From Hemiscyllium ocellatum (lineage: Eukaryota), in contig NC_083433.1 in NCBI RefSeq assembly GCF_020745735.1, positions 8,319,363 to 8,383,362 of the forward strand: DNA of 64,000 bases, written 5' to 3'. Both the position numbers and the translations under genes were made by a program. Below are positions 23,220 to 36,227 of this stretch, in pieces (within the stretch, counting starts at the first letter, position 1; each line of letters starts with the position of its first letter). The notes under the pieces are model-generated. The model searched no databases. It was not told the origin of the DNA and was given only the letters and a program-made list of their open reading frames with translations.

Positions 23220-26200
23220 GGGCTGTGTGCTGCTGCCTAGTCTCCTGAACAGGGAGTGGACTTAGCAAGTGCTTGCTGTGTCAATCCCATTGAACTGATT
23301 GGGGTGGTGGCAGGCGACACCAATGCTGCAGGTGTGTCTGCTCAGAAACAAACCCTGACACAGAGAGAGGGAGCAAGGAAACTTCAGAAAATTCCTAGCC
23401 CCAGAGGAGAGGCATTAAATCAATTAACCAAGTAATCAATTACCGGAATGAAATAATGCCCACCCATCTCATTCGGATATTCCAGGTTCCTCTGTATATC
23501 ATTGCTGTTCACACGCTGACTGGTGCGTTTCCCATATTACAGCAGTGACTATATTTCAGGAGTATTTCACTGGCAACAAAGCACATTGAGACGTCCTCTA
23601 ATTGTGAAAGGTGGTGTATAAGTGTGAGATCTCTCCATGTTCATTCAGCCCTGTGCTAACCCTGGTCAAGCCCATCATCTGGTGAGTAACTGCAGAATGA
23701 TGCCAGAAATCAGCCCAATTCCTACCTGTTATAAAAAAGGTAGGTGGTTAAAAAGTAGGGTGGGAGGAACATAAACACCAGCACAGATTTTTAAAATTCG
23801 TTCATAGGATGAGGGCTTCACTGGCTAGGCCAGCATTTATTACCCATAACGGTCAACCACATTGCTGGTGGTCTGGAGTCACATGTAGGCCACATAAGGA
23901 CAGCAGTTGCCTTCCCAAAAGGACAATAGCGAACCTGCTGAGTTTTTACGACAATGGATTCATTGTTAGATGCTTAATGCCAGAATTTCATTGAATTCAA
24001 ATTCCACCATCTGCCGTGGCAGGATTTGAACCTGGGTCCCCACATCATTACCTATGTCTCTGGATTAACAGTCCAGCGATAATACCACTAGGCTGTAGTC
24101 TCCCTGCAGTTAAGCCAAATGAAACAAACACAGAATGCTGAAGGAACTAGGCCTGGCAGCAGTTGTAGAGAGAAATAGAGTTAATGTCGAGAGCCTGGTA
24201 TGACTCTGCTTCAGAAGAAAGAAGAGGAGCCATACCAGAGTTGAAAAATGAATTAATTCTCTCTCCACAGATGTTGTCAGACCTGCTGAGTTTTTCCAGC
24301 ATTTTCTGTATTTGTTTGATTTCCACCATCCACACCATTTGACTTTTATCTCAGCAAGGCCAAGTGGTTTGATTCTCAGCTGCAGATACTTCAGTGTTAT
24401 ATAAAGGCAAGTCTTTCATTTCTTTCTTTAGCCAGATAAGACAAGGTAGCCCACTGACACAGAGTAGTGGCAATCTCCCATCTGGTGACTGGTAAATGGG
24501 AGAAACAAACCCCTTTCACACTTCCAGAAACAACAGTCGGAAAAAGCACTGGGCAGCTGACTCTCTCTGTCACCTACCAGCACCAGAGTGTAACAACCTA
24601 GGCAGGCTTCCTGGAAGGACACTCAACACTGAAGGAAATTTTGGCTGAATGTTGGGTTGGTCACCTGGGGAGTAGCTCATTCTGCTTAAGTACCTTATCA
24701 TTGTTGGACCCAAGCATCAGCAACTGTAGCTCAGTATTTGAAAGATCTGCTCAAAGTTTGGAAGGAGGTGGGATCTAAGTTTAGATGCAAGCATCAAGCA
24801 GAGCGAATATTCAGGTAGTTACCTCGGGAAAGTTCCAAATTGTATTTGTTTTCCAGCCCCTCAAAGCCGATAGTAAGGAAGAATTCCATGAAGAGCTGGT
24901 TGTTCTGTGTCGAGAAAGTAAACACTTGGAATGAAATTACATAATCATTTTGAAAGGAAAGACGACTTGCATTCACTTGGTGCCTTTCATCACTTCTGGG
25001 ACGTCCCAGAGTCCTTTCCAACCAATGCAGTGCTTTTGAAATAGAGTTACTGCTGCCATTTAGGTAAAGTGACAGCCAAATGTATATACAGTAAGGTTCC
25101 ATAAACAACAACTTCGTGATGACCACTAATGGACAGAGAAAAACAGAGTTTTAAATCATTAACTCTGCTGTTCTCTCCATAGATGCTGTCAGACCTGCTG
25201 AGTTTCCACAACACAGGTTTTAATTTCAAACTTCTAGTATCCACAGGATTATACTTTCATATGGACGTGACCTGTTTTTACAAGGGTAAATATTAGTCAG
25301 GGCACCTGGAAGAACTTGCCTGCTCTTCTCCAAAATTGTGGCAATTGCTTATTAAATGCCCTCATGGGCAGGTAAGAATTTAATATCCGATCTGAAATCA
25401 ATAGTAATTGACTTGCAATTGAAGATGATCAACAGAACTCACTAGGTCTAAAACAAGTTGGAACATGCAGAGGATGTGAAAGGCACTATGTAAATGCAAG
25501 TTTCTTTGACTTTTCACAATTCAAATAGTTAAGGGAAAACAAATCCTTGAATCAAACACTTCCTAAAAGGAACACATATATGGCAGGAGAATAGTAAGCA
25601 ACCATAGTACTCCATAGTAAGTACTCCACAGAGACTGGAGCCGAGGTCACTGCACTGGTGAAACAGGCTGGAAACTGACTGTAAAGACTATCAACGGTGC
25701 TCAAGTACCTCACTGCTATTTTACTCCTGTCCTAAAATTATTGGTGAATCCCTCTGGCGTTGCTACAGTTGTATGACCATAAGAGACACAATGTATTGTT
25801 CTGCTTTCAAGGCGCATTTGTATTCATGAAGATCTACCCACCAATGCCACAAGTACTAAATAGTCACATATTCACAGTGTTAGAAGCTAACCTAAGTTTA
25901 ATGGACCTTTGCATTTAGAGGACATTTGTAAATTTGTCAGTAAAATATGACCATGTTATTTCTTTATGCTTTTGACACTTGGTGCAAATGTAACTTATTC
26001 TCTGAAAACTGGTATGCAGAGAAGCTTAGATGTATACACATGTACACACACATGGATCACCATATATTATACATCACTCTTGGTAACTCTGCCTTCAACT
26101 CCAGAGACCCCATCTCAGGAATCCCCTCCATAAACCTCTCCTACCCCTTTTGCTCCATTAAGATTCTCCCTAAAATGTACCTCTTTGATAAAGCTTTGGT

Positions 26201-29200
26201 CAACTAACATTATATCACCTCAGGTGTCTCATTTTAATTTTTGCTCTGTAACTCCCAACTCTGCAGCTCAGGGCTAAACCTACACCAAGTCCTGTTCACT
26301 TATCACCCTTGTTCATTAAACCACAGTGCCTCCTGGCTGAAACCCTCCGTTTAAGAGTTTAACTTTATTTCTATGGCCCTGCCTCTGCCCATCTCAGTCC
26401 CCTGTTCCAGCCTTACACAATAAACCTCCAAGATATCAGGTTCCTCTAGCTATTGCCTCTTGCTAATCTTCAGCTTCGATCGCTCTAAGCTTTGCCACCA
26501 TTCTTTTGCCTGCTGCAGTGTTAGCTTCTGGAATCGGTCCCCCACGTCCCTTCTCCACTCTTCTTTACAATGCTTAGAATCGCCTTCTCTGATCGGGCCT
26601 CCTGCTCATCTGTTTCATATCTCTTTCTTTAGCCAGGTATCAAACGTTGTTTGACATCATTCCTGCAAAGTACCTAACATTCTATAACATGAAAAGCTGC
26701 AACATAAATGCAGTTAGCTATTGGTGATATCGTTCACCGTATCCTCTTAAAACAAAAGCACGTGTGAAAGATATATCAGAACATAGGCAACATAGGACCA
26801 CATACACTGCTCAACCTGAGTAACTTCTGAGATAGTTGTGCTGGGAAACTTCAGAGGGCATTACAAGTCAGCTGGGAAAGTGTGGATTGGATTCACAAGA
26901 CTGGGTGGCAAATTTCCTTCCCTAAAGGGCATTAAAGGGCCAGTCATATTTCAAGGACATGCCATCAACCTCATTGCTATTTATTTCAATGCCAAGCCTG
27001 ATAAAAAAAATCCAGGCTGAACTAGGGAATCTGGGATGATGGAGGTGGACATGGAGTAACTGGGAAATTGGAGTTGAGGGCACAGCCAATCAGCCATGAA
27101 CCTGCTGAATCGCAGAGCAAGCCTGATAGGCTGAATCGCCAATTCCTCCTCCTTTTTCTTATTATCTCCAGAAGCCAGATGTCGCAAAGACAGATTTACC
27201 AGATGCCACAAAGTGCAGACATCACATTTTCTGGCTTAGTGCTATAACCACGACACCAATTACATGGTGAGAACTATCAATATAAACCATAAGGCTGTAC
27301 CTGAATTTTGTTGTAAAATTTTGAATTGATGACTATGTCATATGCAGTGCATCCATTACCACCTGTGAAAACAAGACAATTCTAATCATTCACAATCCAG
27401 CATTGTCCCCCCGCTCACAATTAATCCCTTTCTCACTCATAACAGATGCGTTCCAGTACCTTGCCTAAGAGGACTTACTGTGAATCTGAGAGAGAAGGCC
27501 AGGAATTACTACCCAAGCTCAGTTTTGTTCTCACTAAACATTTACAGTAAACGTGTGAGGGGTCTGGACAGAACAAGGAGAAAAATTATTCTCATTAGTG
27601 TAAGACCCGAGAACCAGATCAGTGACATGAGGAAACAATCATATGCAGTGAGTGGCAACTGAAGGCAGACTCACTTGTCACTTTTAAAAGGGAATTGGTT
27701 CTTTATCTGGTGGCAAGGAGAACACGCAAGGAAGTGGAACCAATCATGTTGCTTTTGCAGAGACCCAGTGGGACATGGCCCCCTTCTGTGCTGTAGATGT
27801 TCTATAGCTAGCACAAACCGAGCCCCAAATGTCTTCAGCCACTTTGTCTACGATGCTCCCTCCTCATAAGGTCTGAGGATATTTGCTAATAATTGCACAA
27901 TTTTCAGCTACATTTTGTCTCCTCAGGTATTGAAGCAATCTGTATCTACATGCAAAATACTGGACAACATTTAAGCTTGTTCTGACAAGTAACTTGGTGC
28001 CACACAATGACCATCTCCAACTGAGAGAATCTAACCATCACCCCTTGACATTCAATGGCTTTACTGTTGCTGAAATCCACACTATCTACAGTCTGGGGGT
28101 TACGGCTGACAAGTAATTAAAAAGAATTAGTCAAACAAATACAGTGGCTGCAAGAACAGGTCAGAGGTTGGGAATTTTGCATGGGATTGCTTACTTCCTA
28201 AATCTGCAAAGGCTGCCTACTATATGCAAGGCACAAGTTATGTGGGTGATGGAATATCTACTCTTGGGCTGGTTGAGTAGCAGGGGTTCCAGCTCCAAAA
28301 TCACTATTCAGAATAAAACAGCCCAGTTGGTTGGCATCCCATTCACCACTTAAACATTCACTGCCAACAATTGCAAGGTGGCAGCAGAATGAACCAGCTA
28401 CAAGATGCAGTGTAGCAATTCCCCAAGACCCCTTCAAAGTACCTCACAAATCCGTAATATCTACTATCTAGAAGGACAAGTGCAGCCGATGCCTGGGAAC
28501 ACAATGACCTGAAAGCTTGACTCCACTCACCATCTTGACTTGGAACTATATCACGCTTATTCATTGTCACTGGGTCAACGTTCCACCCAATAGGACTATG
28601 CAGGGCATAACAATCTTTGTGGTTGGTTGTTGCTTCTATATCTGAGGTTTAACCTCTCAAGGGTAATTTGGGATTATTTTAGGCTGGCCCAGTGACCCCA
28701 CAACCTGTAGGCTCCAGAACACCAGCATCCACCACACCCCTCCCACCCCAGCCAGCAGGCAGGGAAGACTTTAATTCAGCCCTTCCTTTTTCGTTCCATT
28801 ACACAAACACGTACTGTTGTCAATTTCAGCGTGTGGTTCACCGAGGCTCATGGGAATTCTGTATCCAGAAGGATCATCGGATTCCAGCAGGGAGACCAAG
28901 CCCTCCTCAGAGAGGTCTGGCGGAGGTGGAATCTGATCAGACTTGCAAACATTAATGAAAACCTTTTCGTTGGTCTTCGTCTTTGTCTTCACACAGAAGC
29001 CTGTGAAAAAGGTGATTTTGGTTTGCAAATGATTTAGCATTATAATGACAAGCAACAGTAAAGTTCAATTCTTTGCAGACAGAGAGAACATGCACACACA
29101 TTGCATCTGTTTCTACTCAAACAATTGACTACCATTTGCTGGTTCATTTCTCGGGGGAATGTCTTGACCAGAGTCAATTGGCCTGGGTTAAATTTGAACA

Positions 29201-32076
29201 AAGCTTGGCAGTTAATTGTCAGTCATCTAACTGGTGCATTCTCCATGGAAACTCAGATTTCCCTACAATGTGGAAGCAGGCCATTCGGCCCATTGCACCA
29301 ACCCTCCAAACAGCATCTCACCCAGACCCAGACTCAAACCCCTCCCCTAACCCTGTAATTCTGCACTCCCCCTGGTTAATCCACCTAGCCTGCACATTCC
29401 TGGACACAATGAAGCAATTTGGAGTTGCCAATCCACCTAACCTGCATATCTTTGGACTGTGGGAGGAAACTGGAGTACCTAGAGGAAATCCATGCAGATA
29501 TAGGGAGAATGTGCAAACTCCACACAGACAGTCACCCGAGGCTGGAGTCGAACCCAGGTCCCTGGTGCTGAGAGACTAGCAACTCCTCTTCCAATCAAAT
29601 TTTACTTACGACCAAGGAATGAAATTGTGATTGGTTTGCAAGTTCAAGTCCCACTTCAAGGATCCAAACAGAAAATCTTGGGTGGCACTCCCAAGGCTGA
29701 ACCACACTGTCAGATGCCATCTTTTGGCTTGGGTTTCAAATGGAGGCCCTGTCTGTGCTCTTGGGTAGCTTCAAAAGAGCCCATGATATTACTTTAATAA
29801 ATGACAAAGGACATCTCGTCTGTATCTTGTCTATTGTTTATCCACTGACAAATTTAACTAAATAGAAACAATCTAAGAATTCCAGATTGTTGTTTGTGGG
29901 AACTTACTGTGAGTAAACTGGTTGCTGCATTTCCACAGTACAACAGTAACTACACTTCAAGAAGTTTTTCATTGATTGTAAAGTGTTTTGGGACAGCCTG
30001 AGATATGGAAGGGTGTTACATAATTGCAAATACTTTCGTTCAACTAGAGGGACTATAACACAGCACGGACAATTGACTTCAGGAGAAGAAAAGACAAAAC
30101 TAGAGGAGGTAGATGCAACAGTGACACATGCACACTTGCAAACCAATCACGATTTCATTCCTTGGTCATAAGTTCAAGTCCCACTTCTAGGATCCAAACA
30201 GAAAATCTCGGGTGGCACTCCCAAGGCTGTTCACACTGTCAGATACCATCACAGAAAGACAATTGCCTACATAGCTTTTACTTTTATTCATTTACCCCAA
30301 TGTGGGTGTCACTGGCTAAGGCAGCATTCATTACCCATTCCTAATTGCCCAGAAGCAGCTAAGGCCCATTACTGTGGTTCGGGAGTCACATGTAGGCAAA
30401 ATCAAGTAAGGATGGCATCTTTTATCCTAAAAGGACATTACCGAACTGGATGGGTCTTTCTAACAATCGGCAATGGTTTCAAGGTCATCACTGGACTCAA
30501 CTTTAGATATTTATGGAATTCAAATTTCACCATCACCTTCCCCAGGGCAATTAGATATTGCTAATACTTGCTGGCTTAGCCAGTGAATCTCTCATCGCAA
30601 AGGCTGATGAAATAAAAACATCTGAAGCCGTTTACTGGGATATTATTTGTCTCGAACACATCCTATAAACAGAAATAATAGTTTCTACGGAACAAAACAC
30701 AGCAGTAACATACACTGGTGGTTCTGTAAATTATTCACTAATACAGTAATGGTGCAAAGAGATTGAAACATAGAAGACACGACAGGTCATTAGCAGACAC
30801 AGACTGGAGGGCAAAGTGCAAGACAGACTGCAAAACAATTATACTTCTGTTCACTTCTGCCAACAAGGAGCATATTGCAGCTTGTAAGGTAAAATGAATC
30901 ACGATGTAAAGTGTATCTGGAATCTACGTACTGCATGTTTTTCTCCCCCTCCAACTTTCTCATTATCACACATTAATACTTTGTAACATTTCAACGATGT
31001 CTTATTCCAATTGCTTGTTTTTACTTTCACTTTTTGAATTAAGAATTTGCAACTTAGACACAGAATGAATTTCAAATTGAGAACCAGCTAATCACTTCTG
31101 GAAAGAGGCACCAGTGTAAAGGAGAGAGACAAGATTGTGCTAAAAAAACTCAGCAAGTCTGCTAGGACCTGTGGAGAGAGAAACAAACTTAATATTTCAA
31201 ATCAAATATGATGCTCCTTCAGAACAGTTCTAAAAACAGGTGCCACATTTCACTTGAAACTCTAACTCTTTCTTTCTCCACCAACACTATGCTTTTCCAG
31301 CAGTTTTGCTTTCTATTTTAGGTTTCCAGTGTCCACAGGGTTTTGCTTTTACTGAAGGGGACAGTGCTGCTTGGTGTTTTTGTGGATTGTGACAGGGGGT
31401 GGAAAGTGGAAGATGAGAGCCTACCTGGTTGTGGTCTGATCTGCTTGGATTCCTGTGCCATTGGAAGTTGATTCTGCATCTCCTTTGCAGCCTGAGGAGA
31501 AAGAAGAAAGGCATAATATTCAAGATCATACAGAATGGATACAGACCCTTTGATCCAACTCGTCCATGCTGACCAGATGTCTTTTACATGCTGTAATTGT
31601 ACCCGTTTCCATCACTTCCTTCCATATACGCACCATCCTCTGTATGAAAACGTTGCCCCTCAGGTCCATTTTAAATCATCCTTTTTCACCTTTCTATGCA
31701 GTTAACTATATACGTGTATAAAATCATCCTAGTAGTTGTACAAGCTCCCAGCAAGTAGGTAGCACATAACATCTCCCCACAACTTCCTATTCCTCCAGTA
31801 AACAGTCCCTCCCATCCCCCTAAATCCAGCACCCAACTCCCCCCAAACCCATCCCCAGCCCAGCTTCCACCTGACCGGACGGTGTGCACAAGCTTCCAAA
31901 ACACCCCGAGAACAGGATGATCCACATCACTAGTCCCAATTTTCATACTGAGAGCACTGAGTTTCAACGAGGATGCACGGTGAGTTAGGAAAGCCTACCT
32001 GCAGTAGAAGCTGCTCATACAGTGCCTCTTCATTGTTCATCTCAGTCGAGAGCAGGCTTCCATCTGTTGTTGTCAT
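16396..32076 (-). CDS. PIH1D1: PIH1 domain-containing protein 1 (R2TP co-chaperone subunit), complement(join(16396..16431,16895..17038,19128..19218,20549..20599,21872..21968,24823..24904,27301..27362,28815..29000,31425..31491,31999..32076)), 894 nt, 297 aa
   Basis: Ten GT-AG exons join in frame: MTTTDGSLLSTEMNNEEALYEQLLLQ / AAKEMQNQLPMAQESKQIRPQP / GFCVKTKTKTNEKVFINVCKSDQIPPPPDLSEEGLVSLLESDDPSGYRIPMSLGEPHAEIDN / SGNGCTAYDIVINSKFYNKIQ / NNQLFMEFFLTIGFEGLENKYNLELSR / EWRMLKNRKFLGSVTEQNIRTKSKPVIQELES / ... / LVAEISLPKV / ESAASLLLDLGEDRIVLWARPDLYHLDIYIPF..FNRKTR / VLTITMPVQPA*. Matches PIH1D1 hallmarks (GFCxKT, KVFINxC, RIPMSLGEPHAE, CTAYD, EWRMxKNR) and is head-to-head with ALDH16A1 as in human. 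Confidence 0.95.
16895..17038 (-). CDS. PIH1D1: PIH1D1 coding exon 9
   Basis: 144 nt; ESAASLLLDLGEDRIVLWARPDLYHLDIYIPFNIVQEKSGSQFNRKTR; donor gtaagg. Confidence 0.93.
18630..18966 (+). mobile_element. HE1/V-SINE, near full length
   Basis: A box (tggctcagtggtt), B box (ggttcaatttc), V-domain and (ctaat)n tail. Confidence 0.92.
19128..19218 (-). CDS. PIH1D1: PIH1D1 coding exon 8 (start of CS domain)
   Basis: 91 nt; STCVEPEYTIMAEPADEHPSFLVAEISLPKV; donor gttagt. Confidence 0.9.
19415..20380 (+). mobile_element. LINE 3' portion of a second family, with an HE1 SINE inserted at about 19815-20095
   Basis: Shares gaccatctccaa..cccttgacattcaatg..gctacaa..gcaggtcaga..gtgtgatggaatactc..caataaatgctgg with 27860-28600 and 42330-43445. 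Confidence 0.78.
20549..20599 (-). CDS. PIH1D1: PIH1D1 coding exon 7 (small symmetric linker exon)
   Basis: 51 nt, phase 2-2; acceptor ttttattttggcag, strong donor AAG|gtaaga; STSSPGTCTESLVSEIA. The gene stays in frame with or without it. Confidence 0.65.
21872..21968 (-). CDS. PIH1D1: PIH1D1 coding exon 6
   Basis: 97 nt; EWRMLKNRKFLGSVTEQNIRTKSKPVIQELES; acceptor gctag, donor gtagag. Confidence 0.93.
22584..23494. mobile_element. Tigger-like MITE (911 bp) in a PIH1D1 intron, containing (TG)n and a long G run
   Basis: 24-bp TIRs CAGAGAAACCTCGATTATCCGAAT / CAGAGGAACCTGGAATATCCGAAT (reverse complement), flanked by TA at 22582-22583 and 23495-23496. Confidence 0.85.
23162..23216 (+). repeat. 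(GT)n microsatellite followed by a poly-G run of about 34 nt
   Basis: Read directly from the sequence. Confidence 0.95.
24120..24345. mobile_element. Old fold-back element of the 375-562 family
   Basis: Inverted arms; ctctctccacagatgttgtcagacctgctgagtttttccagcattttctg. Further relics near 25130-25250, 31130-31350, 36950-37060 and 52505-52745. Confidence 0.7.
24823..24904 (-). CDS. PIH1D1: PIH1D1 coding exon 5
   Basis: 82 nt; NNQLFMEFFLTIGFEGLENKYNLELSR; donor gtaact. Confidence 0.94.
27301..27362 (-). CDS. PIH1D1: PIH1D1 coding exon 4
   Basis: 62 nt; SGNGCTAYDIVINSKFYNKIQ; acceptor ttcacag, donor gtacag. Confidence 0.94.
27860..28600 (+). mobile_element. LINE 3' portion (same family as 19415-20380)
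   Basis: ORF 28144 LPTICKAQVMWVMEY parallels ORF 42856 [20 protein letters not shown]. Confidence 0.75.
28815..29000 (-). CDS. PIH1D1: PIH1D1 coding exon 3 (PIH-N phosphopeptide-binding core)
   Basis: 186 nt; GFCVKTKTKTNEKVFINVC...RIPMSLGEPHAEIDN. Confidence 0.96.
29258..29580 (-). mobile_element. HE1/V-SINE
   Basis: Reverse-complement V-domain ctttggactgtgggaggaaactggag. Confidence 0.88.
31425..31491 (-). CDS. PIH1D1: PIH1D1 coding exon 2
   Basis: 67 nt, polypyrimidine tract plus cag acceptor, donor gtaggc; AAKEMQNQLPMAQESKQIRPQP(G). Confidence 0.92.
31999..32076 (-). CDS. PIH1D1: PIH1D1 first coding exon (exon probably begins at acceptor 32148)
   Basis: ATG at 32076; MTTTDGSLLSTEMNNEEALYEQLLLQ; donor gtaggc. 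Confidence 0.88.
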
Positions 32077-32231
32077 GATTCAACTTGCTGAGAATGCCAG
32101 GTATACTCTCAACAATGGCCAAAGATGTGATCAGCGAGGTCGACAGGACTGAAAATTTATTTTCCATGTAAACATAGAAGTAGAACAGGAGAAAGTAAGG
32201 ACTGCAGATGCTGGAGATCAGAGTCTAAAAG

Positions 32232-33175
32232 TCATAGAGATGTACAGCATGGAAACAGACCCTTCCGTCCAACCCGTCCATGCCGACCAGATATCCTAAC
32301 CCAATCTAGTCCCACCTGCCAGCACCCGGCCCACATCCCTCCAAACCCTTCCTATTCATATACCCATCCAGATGCCTTTTAAAATGTTGCAATTGTATTA
32401 GCCTCCACCACTTCCTCTGGCAGCTTCTATACACGTACCACGCTGTGTGAAAACGTTGCCCCTAGGTCTCTTTTATATCTTTCCCCTCTCACCCTAAACC
32501 TATACCCTCTAGTTCTGGACTCTCCCACCCCAGGGAAGAGACTTTGTCTATTTACCCTATCCATGTCTATCATGATTTTATAAACCTCCATAAGGTCACC
32601 CCTCAGCCTCCGACGCTCCAGGGAAAACAGCCCCACCCTATTCAACTCTCCCTATAGCTCAAATCCTCCAACCCTGGCAACATCCTTGTAAATCTTTTCT
32701 AAACCCTTTCAAGTTTCACAACATCTTTTCGATAGGAAGGAGACCAGAATTGCACGCAATATTCCAACAGTGGCCCAACCAAAGTCAACGGTCCTGTACA
32801 GCCGCAGCATGACCTCCCATCTCCTGTACTCAATACTCTGACCAATAAAGGAAAGCATACCAAACGCCTTCACTACCTGTGACTCCACTTTCAAGGAGCT
32901 ATGAACCTACGTTCCAAGGTCTCTTTCTTCAGCAACATTCCCTAGGACCTTACCATTAAGTGTATAAGTTCTGCTAAGATTTGCTTTCCCAAAGTGCAGC
33001 ACCTCGCATTTATCTAAATTAAACTCCATTTGCCACTTCTCAGCCCACCTGATCAAGATCCTGTTGTAATCTGAGGTAACCTTCTTCGCTGTACACTACA
33101 CCTCCAATTTTGGTGTCATCTGCAAACTTAATAAATGTACCTCTCAAGTTCACGTCCAAATCAATTATACATCTG
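32232..33175 (-). mobile_element. CR1-clade (HER1-like) LINE 3' portion, relatively young
   Basis: Minus strand carries the RT motif FADDTKIGG (near 33105-33130) and LFSLERRRLRGDLMEVYKIM, then the 3' tail. Confidence 0.92.
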
Positions 33176-33725
33176 AACAGGTTGATTAAAAATCTCTGGA
33201 AGCTCTATTGGTGACATTTTGGTACTGCGTTAGTATCTCCACCTCTGAGGCAGGAGACGCGGGTCCAAGTCCCACTCTGCCAGAGGTGTATAATAACATC
33301 TCCGAACACGTTGCTTGAAATACATCTAAAAGTTCTAATTGGGGGAGATGGTGCCATCGTGGTAATGTCTCAAACTTGTGATCTAGAATCATGGCTGAAT
33401 GCTCTGGACTATTGCAGGTGGTGAAACTTAAATTCAATAAAACCTAGAAGTATACACTATCTTCATGTTAATTATATCCTCCATCATGTTCATGTGGCAC
33501 TACCGCTGTGCTTAATGGGGTAGAATCAGACTAGATCTAGCAAGTCAGAATTCGGCATGCATGATGTGCAATGTGCCATCAGCAGCATCAGAATTATATT
33601 CAATCACAATATGTAACCTAAAATGGCTTCGCAAATCCTGTACTCCATCTTTACCATCAAGCCAGAGTACCAATCCTGATTCAATGAGAAGTGCAGGAGA
33701 GTCCTCCAGGAGCAGCATCGCGCAT

Positions 33726-33917
33726 ACAGTCAGTTCTTCGATAATGCAATGGTTGCATTCTTGTGCAACCCCTCACTATAGAAAAACCGTGCTGTAGAAA
33801 CAGTATTTAAAGTGTTGGCACTGTAATCATGTTACAGCCAACATACATTTAAGTTTGAAACAACTGTAATTCGTCAATTGTCTTACAGCGAAACATGCAT
33901 TATACAGAATGATCTAA
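33726..33917. mobile_element. Possible Tigger-type MITE, right end cut by a fold-back element (33918-34035)
   Basis: Starts TA-CAGTCAGTTCTTCGATAATGCA, has an internal hairpin (ttaaagtgttggc..gccaacatacatttaa) and a weak inverse end (tgcattatacagaatga). Confidence 0.4.
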
Positions 33918-34699
33918 AGTGTGGTGGTGGAAAAGCACAGCAGGTCAGGAGGAGCAGGACAGCAGAATTCCTGATGAAGGGCTGATGCTGCCTGACCTGC
34001 TGTGCTTTTTCAGCACCATACTTTTTGACTCTGATAAAAACAGAACAACCTGATAAAATTTTAGTTCAACACTACTTTTCTTTTGAAGTTGTTTTTGTTT
34101 CCTATTGTGCATAAATAATGTGATGGGGTGCATGAGGAATGCAACAATGACAAAATGACTCCTGTCTGATAGATTATTCCGGATCTAACATCGAGCTGCT
34201 AAAGCTGATCTTTAGTTTAAATTTTAAATCCTAAAAGTTTGACCTTAAAACTTTCATCCCAGCTCACAAATCTTCTCAAGGCCTCGTCCCTCCCAACTTT
34301 TTTCCAATCTCCTCCAGCTACAAAAATTGTTAATATTCCAAACAGCCCCAACTTCACCTGCTTCATCATTGGCAGCCATTTCCTCACTTTCTTGGGTTAT
34401 AATCTCTGGGAGTGCCTCCCTCAACCACTATCTTCCCTTTTGGAGTTCTTTAAATCCTACTCCAAGAGTTCACCTTTCCCAAGATCTTCCGAAGGGATTC
34501 TGTGCTAAATTTTGTTTTATGAGGTTCCTGTGAAGCAGTATGGGATAATATATTACATTTAAGGAGCTAAACAATTATAAGTTTTATTGTTTTTTCTGAT
34601 CTACTCTTGTAAGATCTTAGCTCAAGTACAATCTGGAGGTAAGTATTTTAAAGAGGTACAATTAATTCAGGTCACTTTCCCAGATAATCATTCCAGATT

Positions 34700-34909
34700 A
34701 GAGCTGAAAATGTGTTGCTGGAAAAGCGCAGGTCAGGCAGCATCCAAGGAGCAGGAGAATCGACGTTTCGGGCATAAGCCCTTCTTCAGGAATGCTTATG
34801 CCCTAAACGTCGAATCTCCTGTTCCTTGGATGCTGCCTGACCTGCTGCGCTTTTCCAGCAACACATTTTCAGCTTTGATCTCCAGCATCTGCAGACCTCA
34901 CTTTCTCCT
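34700..34909. mobile_element. Young fold-back retroelement with hammerhead motif and 15-bp TSD
   Basis: TSD TAATCATTCCAGATT at 34685-34699 and 34910-34924; inverted arms centred near 34793. Confidence 0.9.
34758..34793 (-). ncRNA. Minimal type I hammerhead ribozyme motif (sense to PIH1D1 pre-mRNA)
   Basis: Minus strand: AUUC CUGAAGA A GGGC UUAU GCCC GAAAC GUC GAUU. Confidence 0.7.
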
Positions 34910-36227
34910 TAATCATTCCAGATTTATTTGTTTTTCAGTTCACTTACAGCATCCATGTTGCTGTGGTAACAAACACTTTTTAAACCTTCCTGTTGCAATC
35001 TTGAGTCATAGATAACAATGCTGGAGGCTCCAATGTTCTTTCCATCATCACGTAGCTGACTAGGAATCTATTCAACTCTTACCACTTGCTGTTGGCACCT
35101 TGGCAAGATGTGCATATTGATGATGAACTTGTTTGACTGCATTATGATCACCAACTCCTGGTGTGTGAATCAACCCAGAGCCTGTAGCTCAGAGGTAGAG
35201 ACACTGACATGAGACCTCCAGCACAGAATTAGCAGCTGCCTATAAATCCCCTCATTTAGAGAAATAGGCCTCTCAATCTAGCAAGGATTAACAGAAAATA
35301 GTAGTGCGCAGGTGCTTTTTATTTAACGCGTATATTGTTGTATAAGAAGAGTTTCGTGTGCATGTCATACCATCTCTACCCATTTTACTGATGTCATACA
35401 CTGTGTGGGTAGAGACAAGGAGTTCTATTTTCGCTTTCAGAGGGAACTGATGTAACTGTATCAGCTCCTCAAGGTCCTTGTAATTATACCTGACCAAATG
35501 TTGCTGTAATCCTAAGCTGCGTTATCTGTGGGGGAAATCCAGGCAGAGATTGCCTGCAGATAACATAAACCTGCTAATAATCCCCTATTTATCCTGACAT
35601 ATCCAGAGGTACTACGCCATCCACTGGTACTTGTCAGTCATTGAGGTAAAAAACACATTAGCAGGCCAACCTCGTGAGGAGACAGGCTCCATGCATAACA
35701 AGTATCAAGTATTCTTATTGCCATCATGTCCTAAACATTGCTATCTAAGAACAGTGCCTCTTCTGTACATAGTCAACAGCAGCATATCCTCCACCAATCA
35801 GGAGATAGTCCAAAGACAAAGGAGTATTGGTTGGTGGCAGCAAACGAGCCATAACCAGTTCCACCAAGGAGTATACAATGTTACGCGTCTCTCTGACAAT
35901 CTTCTTACTGTGTGAGAAATATCATTACAATTCGAATTAAGCAGCTTAGAAATGACAGGAATGCTTCCTATACTGTTTGGAATTGCTCAACCACTGTCCC
36001 TTCTTTTTATTTAAGTCCATTGGAGTCAGATAGCTGGGGCAGGGGGAGGAGAATGGCCCACCTTAGTTTATTCTTTACCAGAAGAATCTTGCAATCCATC
36101 ACCACATGAATGGTTCTGAAACAATTCTACGAGCACCGTTATCAGACAGGCGTTGGTTGACAATCTTTGCTTTGAGTTTCCCAGCAGGCTTTAAATTTTG
36201 TCTTTTATCACTTAAATCATGTGACAC

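Noticed and set aside
22713-23268. Poly-Pro and (TH)n ORFs
   Set aside because: Derived from (GT)n and poly-G inside a Tigger-like MITE.
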